Assembly (NCBI GenBank): GCA_964630365.1
Contig: CAZVUP010000004.1
Coordinates: 1,970-65,969, forward strand
Source: an uncultured Muribaculaceae bacterium
GTDB lineage: Bacteria; Bacillota_I; Bacilli_A; RF39; UBA660
Length of the DNA: 64,000 bases
Direction of reading: 5' to 3'
In this document: piece after piece, positions 7,702 through 17,336 of the stretch
Position numbering within the stretch: position 1 is the first letter of the stretch
Layout: the number at the start of each line of letters is the position of its first letter
The notes under the pieces: generated by a model
Seen by the model: only the letters and a program-made list of their open reading frames with translations
Told to the model about the DNA's origin: nothing
The model's database searches: none
Translations under genes and position numbers: made by a program

Positions 7702-10248
7702 CTACTTATCATTAATTTCTTTCTTTAAATTATATAAAAAATTAAGAGCTTCCATCGGTGTCATTTCTAAAGGATTAATATCTTTTAATTTCTTTTCAAT
7801 TAAATTTTCTTCTTTTTCATCCTTTTCCGTATACTCAAACAAACTTGTTTGTGTAAAAGTTTCTTTCTTTACACTCTTCTTCTCATATAAATTCAATATC
7901 TCATCAGCTCTATCAATTAAACTCTTCGGTAAATTTGCTAATGAAGCTACATGAATACCATAACTTTTATCAATAGCACCAGCTTTAACTTTATGTAAAA
8001 ATGTAATCGTATTATTTTCTTCAATTGCCGATACATGAACATTTTTTAGATGTTTTAAATCTTTTTCTAATATAGTAAGTTCATGATAATGTGTAGAAAA
8101 TAATGTCTTTGCCTTTATCTTATCATGAATATATTCAAGTATTGCTTGAGCAAGACTCATACCATCATAAGTAGCTGTACCACGGCCTAATTCATCAAAA
8201 AGAATTAAACTATTTTCCGTAGCTTCACTAAGAGCATAATTAGCTTCTTTCATTTCAACCATGAATGTCGACTCGCCAGCGACTAAATCATCACTAGCAC
8301 CAATTCTTGTAAAGATTTTATCAAAAATAGGCAAAACAGCACTTTTACAAGGGACAAAGCAGCCCATCTGAGCCATAATAACAGTAATAGCACATTGTCT
8401 CATATAGGTTGACTTACCAGCCATATTTGGACCAGTAATTAACAAAACATTGGTTGTTTTATCCATCACTATATCATTAGGAATATATTTATCTTTCATC
8501 ACCTGTTCAATAACAGGATGTCGACACTCTATTAATTTCAAATTTTTATCATTAGTTATTTCAGGTCTTGTAAATTTATAATTATCACTAACAATTGAAA
8601 AAGACTGTAACATATCAACTTCACTTAGTATTTTAGCAACTTTTTGAAGTTTTGAAACATAACGTTTTATAACCTCTCTAATATCCATAAACAATTTATA
8701 TTCAAGAGAGATAATCTTTTCTTCAGCACCTAAAATAATATTTTCTTTTTCTTTCAAAATTGGTGTAATAAATCTCTCACAATTAGTTAAAGTTTGTTTT
8801 CTTTCATAACCAAACTCTTCTTTTACTAACCCAACTTGTCCTTTAGAAACTTCTATGTAATATCCAAAAACCTTATTAAAACCAACCTTTAAGTTTTTAA
8901 TACCTGTTCGCTCTTTTTCAGCCTGTTCCATTTCTAAAATAAATTCCCGAGAGCCACTACTAATCTTTTTTAATTCATCAAGCTCGGCATTATAACCTTC
9001 TTTAATTAAATGTCCTTCATGCAAAGTAAATGGTGCATCCTCTAGTATTGTTTTTTCTAACAATTGATAAACTTCATCAAAAGTCTCTATTGTTTTATCA
9101 TACTGTAATTCTTCTAATATATCTTTAATTCTAGGTAAAACTTTTAAAGAACTTTTTAATTGTAATAAATCTTTAGCATTTAAATTACCATAAGTAATTC
9201 TTCCAACAAGTCTTTCTAAATCATATACATTTTCTAAAGATTTAATTAAATCATCACGTAAAATAAATTCTGTACTTAATTTTGAAATAAAATCATATCT
9301 TCTTTCAATTTCTTTTTTATCAGTCAAAGGAGAAAGAATACTGCTTTTTAAATATCTACTTCCCATTGCTGTACGGCATCTATCAAGCAGCCACAGTAAA
9401 CTATATTGGCGTTCTCTTGTTCGTAAAGTCTCAACAAGTTCTAGATTTCTTGTCGTATTAACATCAAATTCCAAATACATAGAACTCTTTTTAACTACAC
9501 AAGCTTGTAAGTGGTGCAAATCACCTTTTTTTGTATCAAGAACGTATTTCAATAAATGCTTAACAGTTTCAATAAGTCTAGTATCTTCTAAATCTTTATA
9601 AACATAACTATAATCATCAATATCTAAAGTTTCTTTTTCAATAGTAACTAAAACTTCATAATTAGTCCTTAATTTTTCAACAATTTCTCTATTGATACTA
9701 TCATTAACAATTACTTCTCTAAATCCAGCTCTTGCAACCTCTTTTAAGATCTTATCTTGTTCTCCATCGACTAACATGGCATAAACTTCACCAGTAGAAA
9801 TATCAGCATAACTAAGCCCAAAACAATAACCAAAATCATAAACATTTGCAATATAGTTATTACTCTTAGAATCAAGATTAGCATCGATTCTAGTACCCTT
9901 AGTAACTATTTGAACAACATCTCTTTTAACCATTCCTTTAGTTTCCTTAGGATCTTCTAATTGTTCACAAATCGCAACTTTATAGCCTTTATCAATTAAA
10001 GTATCAATATATGTCGCATAAGCATGATGTGGCACTCCACACATCGGAACTCGCTCATCAAGACCAGCTTGCTTCCCGGTTAAAGTTAGTTCTAATACTC
10101 TTGAAGCTAAAATAGCATCTTCAAAAAACATCTCATAAAAGTCTCCAAGCCTAAAAAAGATAATCGTATCTTCATACTTATCTTTTATCTCCATATATTG
10201 TTGCATCATTGGACTAAGTTTTTCTCTGTCTACTTCGCTTCGTTTCAT
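7702..10248 (-). CDS. mutS: DNA mismatch repair protein MutS
   Basis: Motifs include KLSPMMQQYMEIK, GDFYEMFFEDA, the Walker A ITGPNMAGKST and DELGRGT. The start is set at the ATG (MKRSEV) after GGTGA, not the upstream GTG of the ORF track. Confidence 0.95.
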   Translation of the reverse strand: MKRSEVDREKLSPMMQQYMEIKDKYEDTIIFFRLGDFYEMFFEDAILASRVLELTLTGKQAGLDERVPMCGVPHHAYATYIDTLIDKGYKVAICEQLEDPKETKGMVKRDVVQIVTKGTRIDANLDSKSNNYIANVYDFGYCFGLSYADISTGEVYAMLVDGEQDKILKEVARAGFREVIVNDSINREIVEKLRTNYEVLVTIEKETLDIDDYSYVYKDLEDTRLIETVKHLLKYVLDTKKGDLHHLQACVVKKSSMYLEFDVNTTRNLELVETLRTRERQYSLLWLLDRCRTAMGSRYLKSSILSPLTDKKEIERRYDFISKLSTEFILRDDLIKSLENVYDLERLVGRITYGNLNAKDLLQLKSSLKVLPRIKDILEELQYDKTIETFDEVYQLLEKTILEDAPFTLHEGHLIKEGYNAELDELKKISSGSREFILEMEQAEKERTGIKNLKVGFNKVFGYYIEVSKGQVGLVKEEFGYERKQTLTNCERFITPILKEKENIILGAEEKIISLEYKLFMDIREVIKRYVSKLQKVAKILSEVDMLQSFSIVSDNYKFTRPEITNDKNLKLIECRHPVIEQVMKDKYIPNDIVMDKTTNVLLITGPNMAGKSTYMRQCAITVIMAQMGCFVPCKSAVLPIFDKIFTRIGASDDLVAGESTFMVEMKEANYALSEATENSLILFDELGRGTATYDGMSLAQAILEYIHDKIKAKTLFSTHYHELTILEKDLKHLKNVHVSAIEENNTITFLHKVKAGAIDKSYGIHVASLANLPKSLIDRADEILNLYEKKSVKKETFTQTSLFEYTEKDEKEENLIEKKLKDINPLEMTPMEALNFLYNLKKEINDK

Positions 10249-10295
10249 ACTTATCACCAATCTCTATTATAACAAAAATATTTAATATAACGAAA

Positions 10296-11198
10296 TTATT
10301 TAGTTAATTTCTTTTTAAAATTACCATCTATTCCTACTCCATCTCCCATAATCATAAAAGCATTAGGAGATAATTCATTTAAATGTCTTTCTAATCTTTG
10401 CATTTCATATTTTGACATTGCCGAATAAACTATATAAGTTTTAGAGTCATCAAAACCACCAGTTGCTTCCCAATATGTTGAATCTCTCTTTAAATCATCC
10501 TTTATAAAACTAACCAATTTCTCAGGACGCTTCTTAGTAAAAATCATTGCATAACTACAAATATTCTGCTTATGCAATTGATCAACTACCACACTAGAAA
10601 TAACTGCATAAATAATCGAATATATCATGACAGGTATTCCATATAATATTCCACTAATAACGTATATTACTATATTAATACCTCTACCAATTTTTCCTAC
10701 AGACAAACTATTATTCTTCATACTAAATAATAAACCTATAATATCAGTTCCACCAGTAGAACCACTAGCAGTAAGTGTAATACCAAGTCCAATTCCTCCA
10801 AGAATACCACCAATTAAAACACTAGTTAAAATATCATCAACTAAAGCTGCATTAGGTATCGGTATAACTGATAAAAATATAGTTTGAAAAACAACACAGA
10901 CAACAGTCCTTCTAAAAAAAGTCTTACTAATCAGTTTATAAGCAATAAAGAATAATGGTAAATTAATAAGTAAATTTATTAATCCTGATATATCAAACTT
11001 AAAATTAATTCCAAAAAGTGAAGATAAAACACTTCTAATTAATTGAGAAATACCTAGTATACCACCATTATATAAATTATTAGGTACAATAAAAAGATTA
11101 ATTGCTAATGAGCAAATAAGACAACCAAACAAAGCTTTAAAAAACTCATCTAAATCCCATTTATAAAATTTATTTAATTTTTCATTTATATTATCCAT
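10296..11198 (-). CDS. YitT-family membrane protein (C-terminal DUF2179-like domain)
   Basis: A multi-TM N-terminal part is followed by a soluble tail (YSAMSKYEMQRLERHLNELSPNAFMIMGDGVGIDG) typical of the YitT family. Confidence 0.75.
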   Translation of the reverse strand: MDNINEKLNKFYKWDLDEFFKALFGCLICSLAINLFIVPNNLYNGGILGISQLIRSVLSSLFGINFKFDISGLINLLINLPLFFIAYKLISKTFFRRTVVCVVFQTIFLSVIPIPNAALVDDILTSVLIGGILGGIGLGITLTASGSTGGTDIIGLLFSMKNNSLSVGKIGRGINIVIYVISGILYGIPVMIYSIIYAVISSVVVDQLHKQNICSYAMIFTKKRPEKLVSFIKDDLKRDSTYWEATGGFDDSKTYIVYSAMSKYEMQRLERHLNELSPNAFMIMGDGVGIDGNFKKKLTK

Positions 11199-11215
11199 AA
11201 TATTACCTCATAAAA

Positions 11216-11244
11216 ATTCTATATCTTTTAAAGATAAAATGCAA
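11216..11244 (-). promoter_or_regulatory. Sigma-A-type promoter for the yitT-like gene
   Basis: The minus strand reads TTGCAT (11239-11244), a 17-nt spacer, then TAGAAT (11216-11221), about 18 nt upstream of the ATG region. Confidence 0.5.
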
Positions 11245-11273
11245 TAAAAAAGGAAACACAATTAATGTTACCT
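11245..11273 (-). terminator. Rho-independent terminator-like hairpin downstream of the MMPL/YhgE operon
   Basis: On the minus strand, AGGTAACA-ttaattg-TGTTTCCT forms a stem with one mismatch and is followed by TTTTTT. Confidence 0.45.
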
Positions 11274-11330
11274 TATTAAAGTATTTCCCTGTATTTAGAT
11301 TATAATACAAAATATAAAATATATCAATTT

Positions 11331-12953
11331 TTATTTTCCTAATTTATAAATAAATATTGTTGAAGTAGCATCAGTACCAGTAAATCCTGAATAATTATTA
11401 CTAAGTTCTAGCATCTTCTTAACAGTTAAAGCATAGTCACTAGCTTTAGATCCATATTCAGTTAACTTGTTTATTCCTTCTTCATTGATTTTTGCTATTC
11501 CATCACTTAACAATTTAGTAGAATCAGCAACTTGTCTATTACCAGAATCAAGTAATAAAGAATTCTCATATAAATACTGAAGCCCATTTTCTAATTCAAA
11601 AGCACCGTTAGAAAGTTCATTAGTACCAGTATATGCTTGATTAGCTTTTTCCATAATAGTATTTAATAGATTTTTAACTCCTTCAAGCAAACTATAATTA
11701 TTATTTTCTAAATACTTCATTAATTTAATATTATTCTCATAAGTTTCCTTACAAACAATAAGTTTTATAATTTCTTCTGAACTAACGCCCATATTTTCAA
11801 AATAATTAATCATTTCTTCAGAAGAAGAATATTTATCAAGTTCTTTAGAGTGATAAGTATCATCTAAAGAAATAATTACATTTCTAGCCTCATTTATAAT
11901 ATCTTGATTATCATTAATAGTCTTTCTAATTTTTTGAATTTCTGCGACAATATCAGGATCCAATCTTGCCAAATCTTCCTCAGTTTCTTGACTATTAAAT
12001 AATCTATCAATAAGCTCTAAAACACCATAATAATATTCAACCTCAGAATTCAAAGTAGAAACACCATCTGCTAATTTAACAGAACCATCATAAGCTTGTT
12101 TTAAGCCATTAGAAAACTGTGTCATACCACTACTTAACATAGCAGTACCATCGCTAAGTTTATTAGCACCTAAAGAAACCTGATTCATACCATCTTGCAA
12201 AGTATTTAAAGAATTACCAAGATTAGCTACTTTGTCTAATTTAGAAACATCAATTTCATCTAACAATTTAGGACTACTAGCAATATATATATCATTAATT
12301 TTAAAACTATCAGTAGTATAATTAATAGTTATTGTATCAAAATCAATATTATTAAATTCACTTAAAGAAATATCTTTTTCTAATCCAGGAGCGGCAATAC
12401 TAGTAATTATATATTGATTACCTGTACTAACAACTTTACCATTACTTACTGAAACTTTAGAGTTTGCATCACTATCTAACATCAAAACAGCCGTACTAAC
12501 AAAAGGTGTATATAATTTAGCAGCTTGATTATAAGCAGTATTTTCCAATTCAATTCTAATTGAAATATCACCACTCTTTCCTAAAATGTTTTTAGGGTTA
12601 ATTTCTTCATTATTAAGAAAATATTTTACTTTAACTTTAATTGGTAATTCTGAATTTAATTTTCCTTCATAAAATATATCTTTACCAGTAGAATTCCAAG
12701 TTAATTTGTTACTTTCTTTTGAAAATTTTTCACGACCATTAATATTTTTTATATTTTCTAAATATGTATAGTCAACTATATCACCACTATCTAAATTAGT
12801 TAATGAAACATTAATATCAGTACTTTTTACTTCACCATTATAATTTAAATTAGAATATATCATTTCTGATTTTTCTAAAGCAAAAATAGATAATGGTTGA
12901 AATAATAAAGATATTAAACTAAAACTAATAAATATTTTTTTAAAATTCTTCAT
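11331..12953 (-). CDS. Secreted YhgE/Pip-domain-like protein (LxxG heptad repeats)
   Basis: The protein has a signal peptide (MKNFKKIFISFSLISLLFQPLSIFA). Two blocks of L-x-x-G repeats are present (LSDGTAMLSSGMTQFSNGLKQAYDGSVKLADGVSTL and LSNGAFELENGLQYL...LSDGIAKI). The gene abuts the MMPL gene. Confidence 0.5.
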   Translation of the reverse strand: MKNFKKIFISFSLISLLFQPLSIFALEKSEMIYSNLNYNGEVKSTDINVSLTNLDSGDIVDYTYLENIKNINGREKFSKESNKLTWNSTGKDIFYEGKLNSELPIKVKVKYFLNNEEINPKNILGKSGDISIRIELENTAYNQAAKLYTPFVSTAVLMLDSDANSKVSVSNGKVVSTGNQYIITSIAAPGLEKDISLSEFNNIDFDTITINYTTDSFKINDIYIASSPKLLDEIDVSKLDKVANLGNSLNTLQDGMNQVSLGANKLSDGTAMLSSGMTQFSNGLKQAYDGSVKLADGVSTLNSEVEYYYGVLELIDRLFNSQETEEDLARLDPDIVAEIQKIRKTINDNQDIINEARNVIISLDDTYHSKELDKYSSSEEMINYFENMGVSSEEIIKLIVCKETYENNIKLMKYLENNNYSLLEGVKNLLNTIMEKANQAYTGTNELSNGAFELENGLQYLYENSLLLDSGNRQVADSTKLLSDGIAKINEEGINKLTEYGSKASDYALTVKKMLELSNNYSGFTGTDATSTIFIYKLGK

Positions 12954-12954
12954 A

Positions 12955-15018
12955 TTATTTTCCCTCCTTAAATTTTGTTGTCTTCATAATAAAGCCATCA
13001 AAGATAATTAGTAGTGCTGGTAAAATTAAGATTACAACTAACATACTAATAATGCTACCTCTTGACAATAGATTACAAATACTACCTATCATATCAATCT
13101 TAGTATATAGTGAAACTCCAATAGTTGCTGCAAAGAAACATAATGCCGATGTAATAATAGATGGAACAGTTGTCGCTAAAGTCTCTTTCATTGCATCAAT
13201 CTTATTTAAAGCTTTACTATGTCTCTGTTCTAAATAAGTATTAGACATAAGAATTGCATAATCTATAGTAGCGCCAAGCTGAATGGTACCAACAACAATA
13301 GATGCAATAAATGGTAGACTCTCCCCTGTATAATAAGCACAAGCCATATTCATAAATATAGCAAATTCAATTACAAATATTAAAATTATTGGTAATCCAA
13401 AAGATTTTAAAACAAATAACATAACCAAAAATACAACAGCAATGGAAGTATAATTAACCATATGAAAATCATGATCAGCTATTGTTACTAAATCTTTCAT
13501 TAAAGCACCCTCACCTGCTAAAATAGCATTCTTATCATATTTCGAAATGATTTTATTAATTACATTTACTTGATTATTAAGTTCATCACTAGCAATTTCA
13601 TAATCAGAATTGAAAATTATTAATTGATATTTATCATTATTTATAATCTTAGAAAAATCATCAGGAAGTAAAGATAAAACAGCAGGAGATGCTAATATAT
13701 TAGGTGCTAATACAAAATCAACACCATCAACATTTTTTATTTCATCAACAAGATCTCTAACGTCACTAGCCGAAAGATTTTTATCAATAACAATCATCTC
13801 AGGAGAAATTATATTAAATTCTTTTGCTAACCTAGAATTAGCAACTTGAAATGGTAAACTGCTTGGTAAAGATTCATCTAATTTATAATAAACATCATAG
13901 CTCTTATTACCGATATAAGCTGGAATTAATAGAACTAAAAATATTGCAAATATATATTTATAATATTTAATAGAAAAATTTTGTATTCTTCTAAACTTAG
14001 GCAGAAAAACTTTATGATTAGTCTTTTCTATATATTTATCAAATGTAAGTATTAATGCTGGAAAAATCGTTAAAACACAAATTAAACCAAATAAAACACC
14101 TTTTGCCATTACTAAACCAATATCCATGCCTAAAGTTAATTTCATAGTACATAAAGCTAAGAATCCAACAAAAGTTGTTAAGCTAGATCCTAAAACAGAT
14201 TTAAAAGTCATCATAATAGCTTCTTGCATAGCTACTCTATTATCAGTATATTTTTTCTTAGCACCCAAATACTTATGATACAGAAAGATTGAAAAATCCG
14301 TAGTAACACCCAATTGCAATACAGCAGTAATTGATTTCGTAATATAACTAATTTGACCAAATATAAAATTAGTACCTAAATTATATAAAATAGCTAAACC
14401 AATATTTAAAAGCAATAATACTGGAATAATATAAGAATCAGTAGAAATAATTAAAACAATTCCACAAAGTACAGCAGCAATTACAACATATGTAAGCATT
14501 TCTTCATTAGATAAATCCCTAGTATCTAAAACCATTGAAGTCATACTACTAATACTTGAAGCATCACCTACAACATTACGAAGTTCAGTAACAGCTTCCA
14601 CTGTTGCATCAGCCGATGCATTATCATTAAATGTTACAAGAATTACACTAGTATTATCATGATATAGTTTTTTTAAAACTTCATCAGGTAACATTTCTTT
14701 AGGAATAGTCGTTCCCACAATATCAGCAACACTTACAACTTGATTAACTCCTGATATTTTTCTAATTTTATTTTCTAAGTTTAAAACTTTTCGGTTCGAT
14801 TTCATATCAGTCATAACGAAAGCATAAGCACCTAAACCAAAATCATCATCCAAAATATTTTGGCCTTTAATTGTATCAATATTATCCGGCAAGTATACTA
14901 AAATATCATAATTAATTTTTGTAGTAACAAATCCATATACAGCTGGAATAATAAGAATTAAACTTAAAATTAATATAAGAATATTATTTTTAGATATAAT
15001 ATTAGCAAATTTTTTCAT
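12955..15018 (-). CDS. MMPL/RND-superfamily membrane transporter
   Basis: The 687-aa protein has two 6-TM bundles, each preceded by a soluble loop, which is the MMPL-type organisation. Confidence 0.8.
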   Translation of the reverse strand: MKKFANIISKNNILILILSLILIIPAVYGFVTTKINYDILVYLPDNIDTIKGQNILDDDFGLGAYAFVMTDMKSNRKVLNLENKIRKISGVNQVVSVADIVGTTIPKEMLPDEVLKKLYHDNTSVILVTFNDNASADATVEAVTELRNVVGDASSISSMTSMVLDTRDLSNEEMLTYVVIAAVLCGIVLIISTDSYIIPVLLLLNIGLAILYNLGTNFIFGQISYITKSITAVLQLGVTTDFSIFLYHKYLGAKKKYTDNRVAMQEAIMMTFKSVLGSSLTTFVGFLALCTMKLTLGMDIGLVMAKGVLFGLICVLTIFPALILTFDKYIEKTNHKVFLPKFRRIQNFSIKYYKYIFAIFLVLLIPAYIGNKSYDVYYKLDESLPSSLPFQVANSRLAKEFNIISPEMIVIDKNLSASDVRDLVDEIKNVDGVDFVLAPNILASPAVLSLLPDDFSKIINNDKYQLIIFNSDYEIASDELNNQVNVINKIISKYDKNAILAGEGALMKDLVTIADHDFHMVNYTSIAVVFLVMLFVLKSFGLPIILIFVIEFAIFMNMACAYYTGESLPFIASIVVGTIQLGATIDYAILMSNTYLEQRHSKALNKIDAMKETLATTVPSIITSALCFFAATIGVSLYTKIDMIGSICNLLSRGSIISMLVVILILPALLIIFDGFIMKTTKFKEGK

Positions 15019-15126
15019 TTTATCCCCTCACGAATAATATTTTATAAAAATATAAATGTTTTAGAAGCAATAAAAAGCATAAAATGTCTGTTATCCAACA
15101 AAAAACTTCAATTTGTATAATAATTA

Positions 15127-15174
15127 TCCTACATTTGTAGGTTATATTTACAATTGTCCAAAAAAGTAATATAA
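15127..15174 (+). promoter_or_regulatory. Candidate TetR operator palindrome plus promoter of the tetR-family gene
   Basis: A perfect inverted repeat CCTACA-tt-TGTAGG (15127-15140) lies just upstream of TTTACA (15146-15151). A 17-nt spacer and TATAAT (15169-15174) follow. The element sits between the divergent tetR and MMPL genes. Confidence 0.5.
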
Positions 15175-15193
15175 TTTCTATAGGTGATATTAT

Positions 15194-15781
15194 ATGCAAA
15201 AAAAAGAAGATTTACGAATTAGAAAAACAAAAGCTAATCTTTATAAAGGACTACTACAATTAATGGAAGAAAAAACATTTGAAGATATAAAAGTAACTGA
15301 TATTTGTAACATTTCATTAATAAATAGATCAACATTTTATGATCACTTTAATGATAAATATGAATTACTTGCTGCATTCCTTGAAGATTTAAAGAAAGAA
15401 TTAATAGCTCATCTAGAAGTAAAAAAAGAAGTCACAAGTATCAAAGAATATTATCTTGAGTTAATAAAACTTCTAATTGATTACACTGAAAAGAATATTA
15501 ATTTATACTCATCTATATCTATTGTCAAAAAAAATAATAATTCAATTGCCTATGATATGATGCTAGATGCAGCTGAAGAAGCAGTTACTAATCACTTAAA
15601 AGAAAATTACAAAAACAACTCAAATGTTCCAATAGAATTAATTTCATTATTCTATGTTAGTGGAGTTATCAAAATATGCCTTGAATTTTTAAAAGAACCA
15701 ACAAAATATAATCATGATGAACTATTAAGTTATATAGAAAAACTTATTCCCGACATAGATTATTTAGAACCAATAAAATAA
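15194..15781 (+). CDS. TetR/AcrR-family transcriptional regulator
   Basis: An N-terminal HTH (FEDIKVTDICNISLINRSTFYDHFNDKYELL) is typical of TetR. The gene is divergent from the MMPL operon. Confidence 0.85.
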   Translation: MQKKEDLRIRKTKANLYKGLLQLMEEKTFEDIKVTDICNISLINRSTFYDHFNDKYELLAAFLEDLKKELIAHLEVKKEVTSIKEYYLELIKLLIDYTEKNINLYSSISIVKKNNNSIAYDMMLDAAEEAVTNHLKENYKNNSNVPIELISLFYVSGVIKICLEFLKEPTKYNHDELLSYIEKLIPDIDYLEPIK

Positions 15782-15783
15782 AA

Positions 15784-15806
15784 AATAATACATAAATTGT
15801 ATTATT
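15784..15806. terminator. Bidirectional terminator between convergent genes
   Basis: AATAATAC (15784-15791) pairs with GTATTATT (15799-15806), with T-runs on both strands. The hairpin overlaps the stop codon of the minus-strand gene. Confidence 0.5.
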
Positions 15807-17265
15807 TTTTTAATCCACCAAGAATTCCATTAATTATTCCCTTTGGTCTAACTAATGAATAAATATTAAGATCTTCCCTTATACATTTAATAGCCGATGA
15901 TAAAATATCATCTGTTTCTCCAGGATAAAGTGCATATCTACTTCTAGGATAACTATAATCAAAGAAGAAAATAGGTATTTGCATTTCATAATCTATCGTA
16001 ACCATTTCAGTATTATAATCAGCAACAGGCATTTCTTTTCTAATACCATATAAACTAGTTATAAAAAGAGAATTAACATTAACACATGCTTCAACAACAA
16101 ACCCTAAAACTTTATCAATTTCACCTAACTGATTTTTCAAATCATTAACTGTCCTAGATACATTCATATGATAATCAAATATTATTAAATCATAATCTGA
16201 TTCATTAATTAACTTATTTACTGCCTCTTGTGTTTGAAAATATCTATTATCAAGCTTCATAAACACAACATTAGGATTATTAACATGATTATAACCATTA
16301 GCTAAGAAATTAATATAATTAATATTTTTTTCATCAGTTATAATTAATGCTTTCTTCTGAGCCTTAGTAAGAATCGCAGATAAAGTATTATCATAAACAA
16401 CATTTTCAATAAAAAATGGTATAGCATAACTACTATCTAATTTTACCAATGAGTAAAATGGTAAATTAACTTGAGCATTTTTGAATACTTCTGGTTCATT
16501 TTTAACTATACAATTAATTATATTATCATAATTAGTTCTCTTAGTATTAAAAAACATTATCGTATCACCATTAGTAATTGCACAATCATTAGTAGCACAA
16601 AAAGTAGGAACTACACATGGACGAATATTACTTTCTTTAAGGGATATTAATTTTTTATCAGTTTCACTCCATCTCTCACACGAACAATAAAAAAGCACTT
16701 TTCGCATCGCCGTAAGAATATCGATAGTAATTTCCTCCGGTAATGACTCTTTTCCCATAATAAATCCAACTGTAATACGTTCATTAATATGATATTTTAT
16801 ATAATTAATGGTTGATATTAATTTATCATAATCACCAGTAGTTTGTTGAGTAAGAATTAAATGAAGATATATTTGCTTATTAACTGGCAACTCCATGATA
16901 TTAACCATATTATTAAGTTGTTCAACAATTTTATCGCTATCTGGTTCTAAAAAAATATGAAATTTTTCTTCTTCTTTAGAAACACTTTGCAATAGACTTT
17001 GATAAGTTTTATTAGAAGTAACTTGTTCATTAAAAACATTGTTATTTAAATACTGTAATTCCGTAACAGATGTATCTCCTAAAAAAAACTGTTGATACGC
17101 ACTTTTATATTCTAGAGAATTAATAAGAGCCGTAGTAAAAAAAGATGTCTCTTTTGTTTTTGAAAGATTAGGCATACATTGATCAATTGAAATACTATAA
17201 CTACCAGGTCTCTCTATACCTAGTCCATTTATTAAAAATATAACACTTTTTTTCAAAGAAATCAT
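15802..17265 (-). CDS. Cofactor-independent phosphoglycerate mutase (iPGM)-like protein, probably non-catalytic
   Basis: The sequence is colinear with remembered iPGM blocks. VIFLINGLG matches LIILDGFG, and NTLSAILTKAQKKALIITDEKNINYINFLANG matches NTLGEVLS..LRIAETEKYAHVTFFFNGG. YDLIIFDY matches YD.IILNFAN, and LFITSLYG matches LLITADHGN. The first Asp is Asn, and the ADHG Asp-His pair is Leu-Tyr. Confidence 0.5.
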   Translation of the reverse strand: MISLKKSVIFLINGLGIERPGSYSISIDQCMPNLSKTKETSFFTTALINSLEYKSAYQQFFLGDTSVTELQYLNNNVFNEQVTSNKTYQSLLQSVSKEEEKFHIFLEPDSDKIVEQLNNMVNIMELPVNKQIYLHLILTQQTTGDYDKLISTINYIKYHINERITVGFIMGKESLPEEITIDILTAMRKVLFYCSCERWSETDKKLISLKESNIRPCVVPTFCATNDCAITNGDTIMFFNTKRTNYDNIINCIVKNEPEVFKNAQVNLPFYSLVKLDSSYAIPFFIENVVYDNTLSAILTKAQKKALIITDEKNINYINFLANGYNHVNNPNVVFMKLDNRYFQTQEAVNKLINESDYDLIIFDYHMNVSRTVNDLKNQLGEIDKVLGFVVEACVNVNSLFITSLYGIRKEMPVADYNTEMVTIDYEMQIPIFFFDYSYPRSRYALYPGETDDILSSAIKCIREDLNIYSLVRPKGIINGILGGLKK

Positions 17266-17304
17266 CTCCCATTATTAATATACAACGAAATAGAAAATTT
17301 TAAA

Positions 17305-17336
17305 AACAAAAAACGTAAAATTAAAATATTTTACGT
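17305..17336 (-). terminator. Rho-independent terminator after map
   Basis: ACGTAAAAT (17313-17321) pairs with ATTTTACGT (17328-17336), and a T-run follows on the minus strand. The hairpin touches the map stop codon. Confidence 0.55.

Noticed and set aside
11331-12953. The YhgE/Pip-like protein as a phage-infection receptor.
   Set aside because: Only the LxxG heptad-repeat character is visible. It lacks the C-terminal multi-TM domain of Pip, and its adjacency to an MMPL pump suggests a transport accessory role.
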